Below, piece after piece: positions 62,191 through 64,000 of a stretch of 64,000 nt of DNA (position 1 is its first letter; the number at the start of each line of letters is the position of its first letter). A program made the translations under genes and the position numbers. Under the pieces are notes generated by a model that was not told where the DNA came from, did no database searches, and was given only the letters and a program-made list of their open reading frames with translations. This DNA comes from Antedon mediterranea (lineage: Eukaryota > Animalia > Echinodermata), in NCBI RefSeq assembly GCF_964355755.1, contig NC_092673.1, positions 24,115,648-24,179,647 of the forward strand, in the 5' to 3' direction.

Positions 62191-63697
62191 CATGTCGTGT
62201 TTAGGATAGAAATCCCGGTTCCGTATGATGTGTGTGGATGTCGTATTGAGAATAAATTAATGCAGAACCTCGGCGCCCGTTGGTAGATCTGGTTGATGTG
62301 TTGAGGTAAATCACAGTAATTTGGACACTTTTACAGTTTCTTCTTCTAGTCAGATTACATTGGGTATTTAATTAATGTTTAAATCTGATAATATTATTGC
62401 AAATTAAAGGTAAACTTCATTCACCTTGAGAATAAAGACATTAGTCTATCTATAAAGTCATTATTTTAAATATCATTGGATGAAAAATATAACCTAAACA
62501 ACCATTTGCCATCAGTATGCTCAATATATCAAAGTTATCCTTAATTGTATTCTTTTCATCGTCAAAATTGCTTATGTTTATAACGAGCTATTAACACCTG
62601 CTTGTGAGCGATAAGATCGTTATTATATTAATGATGTTGTCATTAAATAATTAATACGGGTTAACTTCATAAAGTCTGTATTTACAGAGAAAAAAGCAAA
62701 AATAATAATTGTGATAAACCATATTATTATTCTAAAAACAAAATAAACACTTTCCATCTTTCTGACTTAAACAATAAATTGTCTTCTCCTGACGCATCCG
62801 TAACGCAATCAAGGGAGAACCTCCTGATATGTAAATTAGCATTACATACCAACGCACGCCACCACCAATCTTTCTTTCTTTCATTAATTTATTTGGCATC
62901 TCAATACATAACATCGATTGATATAATATACATTATAGCGCCATAAAACTTTCGATATGTGACATACCTGTATATTTTAATATGTTTTTAAAAACACAAA
63001 ATAAAAATGAATAATATAATATTGGCGCATTTAAAAAGCAACCTTTAAATTCATAATTTGTTTTTGTTTTGTTTTCAAAGCAAATATTGAACATACTTTA
63101 GCATTAAAATTGTATAAAACTGAATTATGACTTTTTTATTCTACACAAACAGTAAAATGCATGCTGGGATTAGATGTACAACCCCGGTGTAACAGCCAAT
63201 GATCTCTTGCACAATAAAACATCTCCTCCAATATACTGCAGATTGGATGATGTCACTGTATATATAACTGTAGTTAGCTTTTCATCGTATTAGTCCGCCC
63301 ATCAGCTAATCTTAGACAGAGAGACATTTCGTGATGATCTTCTTTTCGTTAAGTGACGTTCTGTTTCCATAGGCACAGCAGCTGTGAACATTGTCTAAGC
63401 GACGTAACGAATTTCTACCAGATCTGGCAAACTGGTGAAGTCAGGTAATACTAAAGATATTTCTGTTTATTTTTAATTAATCTTGGTATAATTACTTTTT
63501 CTCACGTTCGTCTTATCTACATATAATAACTAATTTATTTTTAATCAAAATGCTATAACGTAATGTTTAATCAAGGAAAGGTCATATGAGAAATTGCCAT
63601 GGTCTAAAAGCATGTGACCAAATAGATGTGGTTCTATAATCCAATTCTAGGCCTACCTAATTTTTAAAAGCGTTCGATAAAAAAGTATGGGCAGTAC

Positions 63698-63848
63698 TAG
63701 ACTTGCTCCAAGTCTGTAGTTATTTCGAGGCTTTTCGATGTTTTTCTGAAATACAAGCTCAAGTAGTATACGTATGAAACGCCATATGTGCGATAATATT
63801 GATCTTTTTACTAATATTAAGTCAAAACTCCGTCTGGAACCAAGGCCA
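63698..63848 (-). mobile_element. Family H element (reverse copy); a partial reverse copy is also at 59588-59712
   Basis: TAGACTTGCTCCAAGTCT left end; flanks GGGCAGTAC / GGACAATAC. Confidence 0.7.
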
Positions 63849-64000
63849 GGACAATACGTGGCTATCTAAAACATATTACAAAGTAGAACGTTGACTCATA
63901 TTTATTCATTTTTATTTATTATTTAACGCTAATAATAGAATCGATAAAATTTAATACGTATATATTCAAATAATAATAGTACAAGAATTTTAAAATGTTA

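Noticed and set aside
63180-63450. Possible 72-nt plus-strand exon (HSSCEHCLSDVTNFYQIWQTGEV)
   Set aside because: Splice sites are plausible, but there are no partner exons or homology I can support.

Overview
AT-rich, intron-rich eukaryotic (animal, probably marine invertebrate) genomic DNA, not prokaryotic. I reconstructed three spliced genes by hand. (1) The 3' part of a Roquin/RC3H gene on + (ROQ end, HEPN-C, CCCH finger, Pro/Tyr-rich region, coiled coil; stop at 7722). (2) A complete 11-coding-exon argininosuccinate synthase (ASS1) on -, convergent with Roquin. (3) A complete 27-exon ABCC4/MRP4-like gene on -, about 1290 aa. Introns and the last 14 kb hold many non-autonomous mobile elements: several MITE families, Helentron-like elements, tRNA- and 5S-derived SINEs, a LINE fragment and two minisatellites. 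Most notable: the ABCC4-like gene keeps an open frame and canonical splice sites but has lost nearly all ATP-hydrolysis motifs, so it is a candidate pseudo-ATPase (channel- or regulator-like). The Roquin downstream region carries constitutive-decay-element stem-loops, suggesting conserved autoregulation. A small transposon family has terminal hairpins and 9-bp TSDs but almost no TIR. All coordinates and family assignments were made by eye, without database searches.
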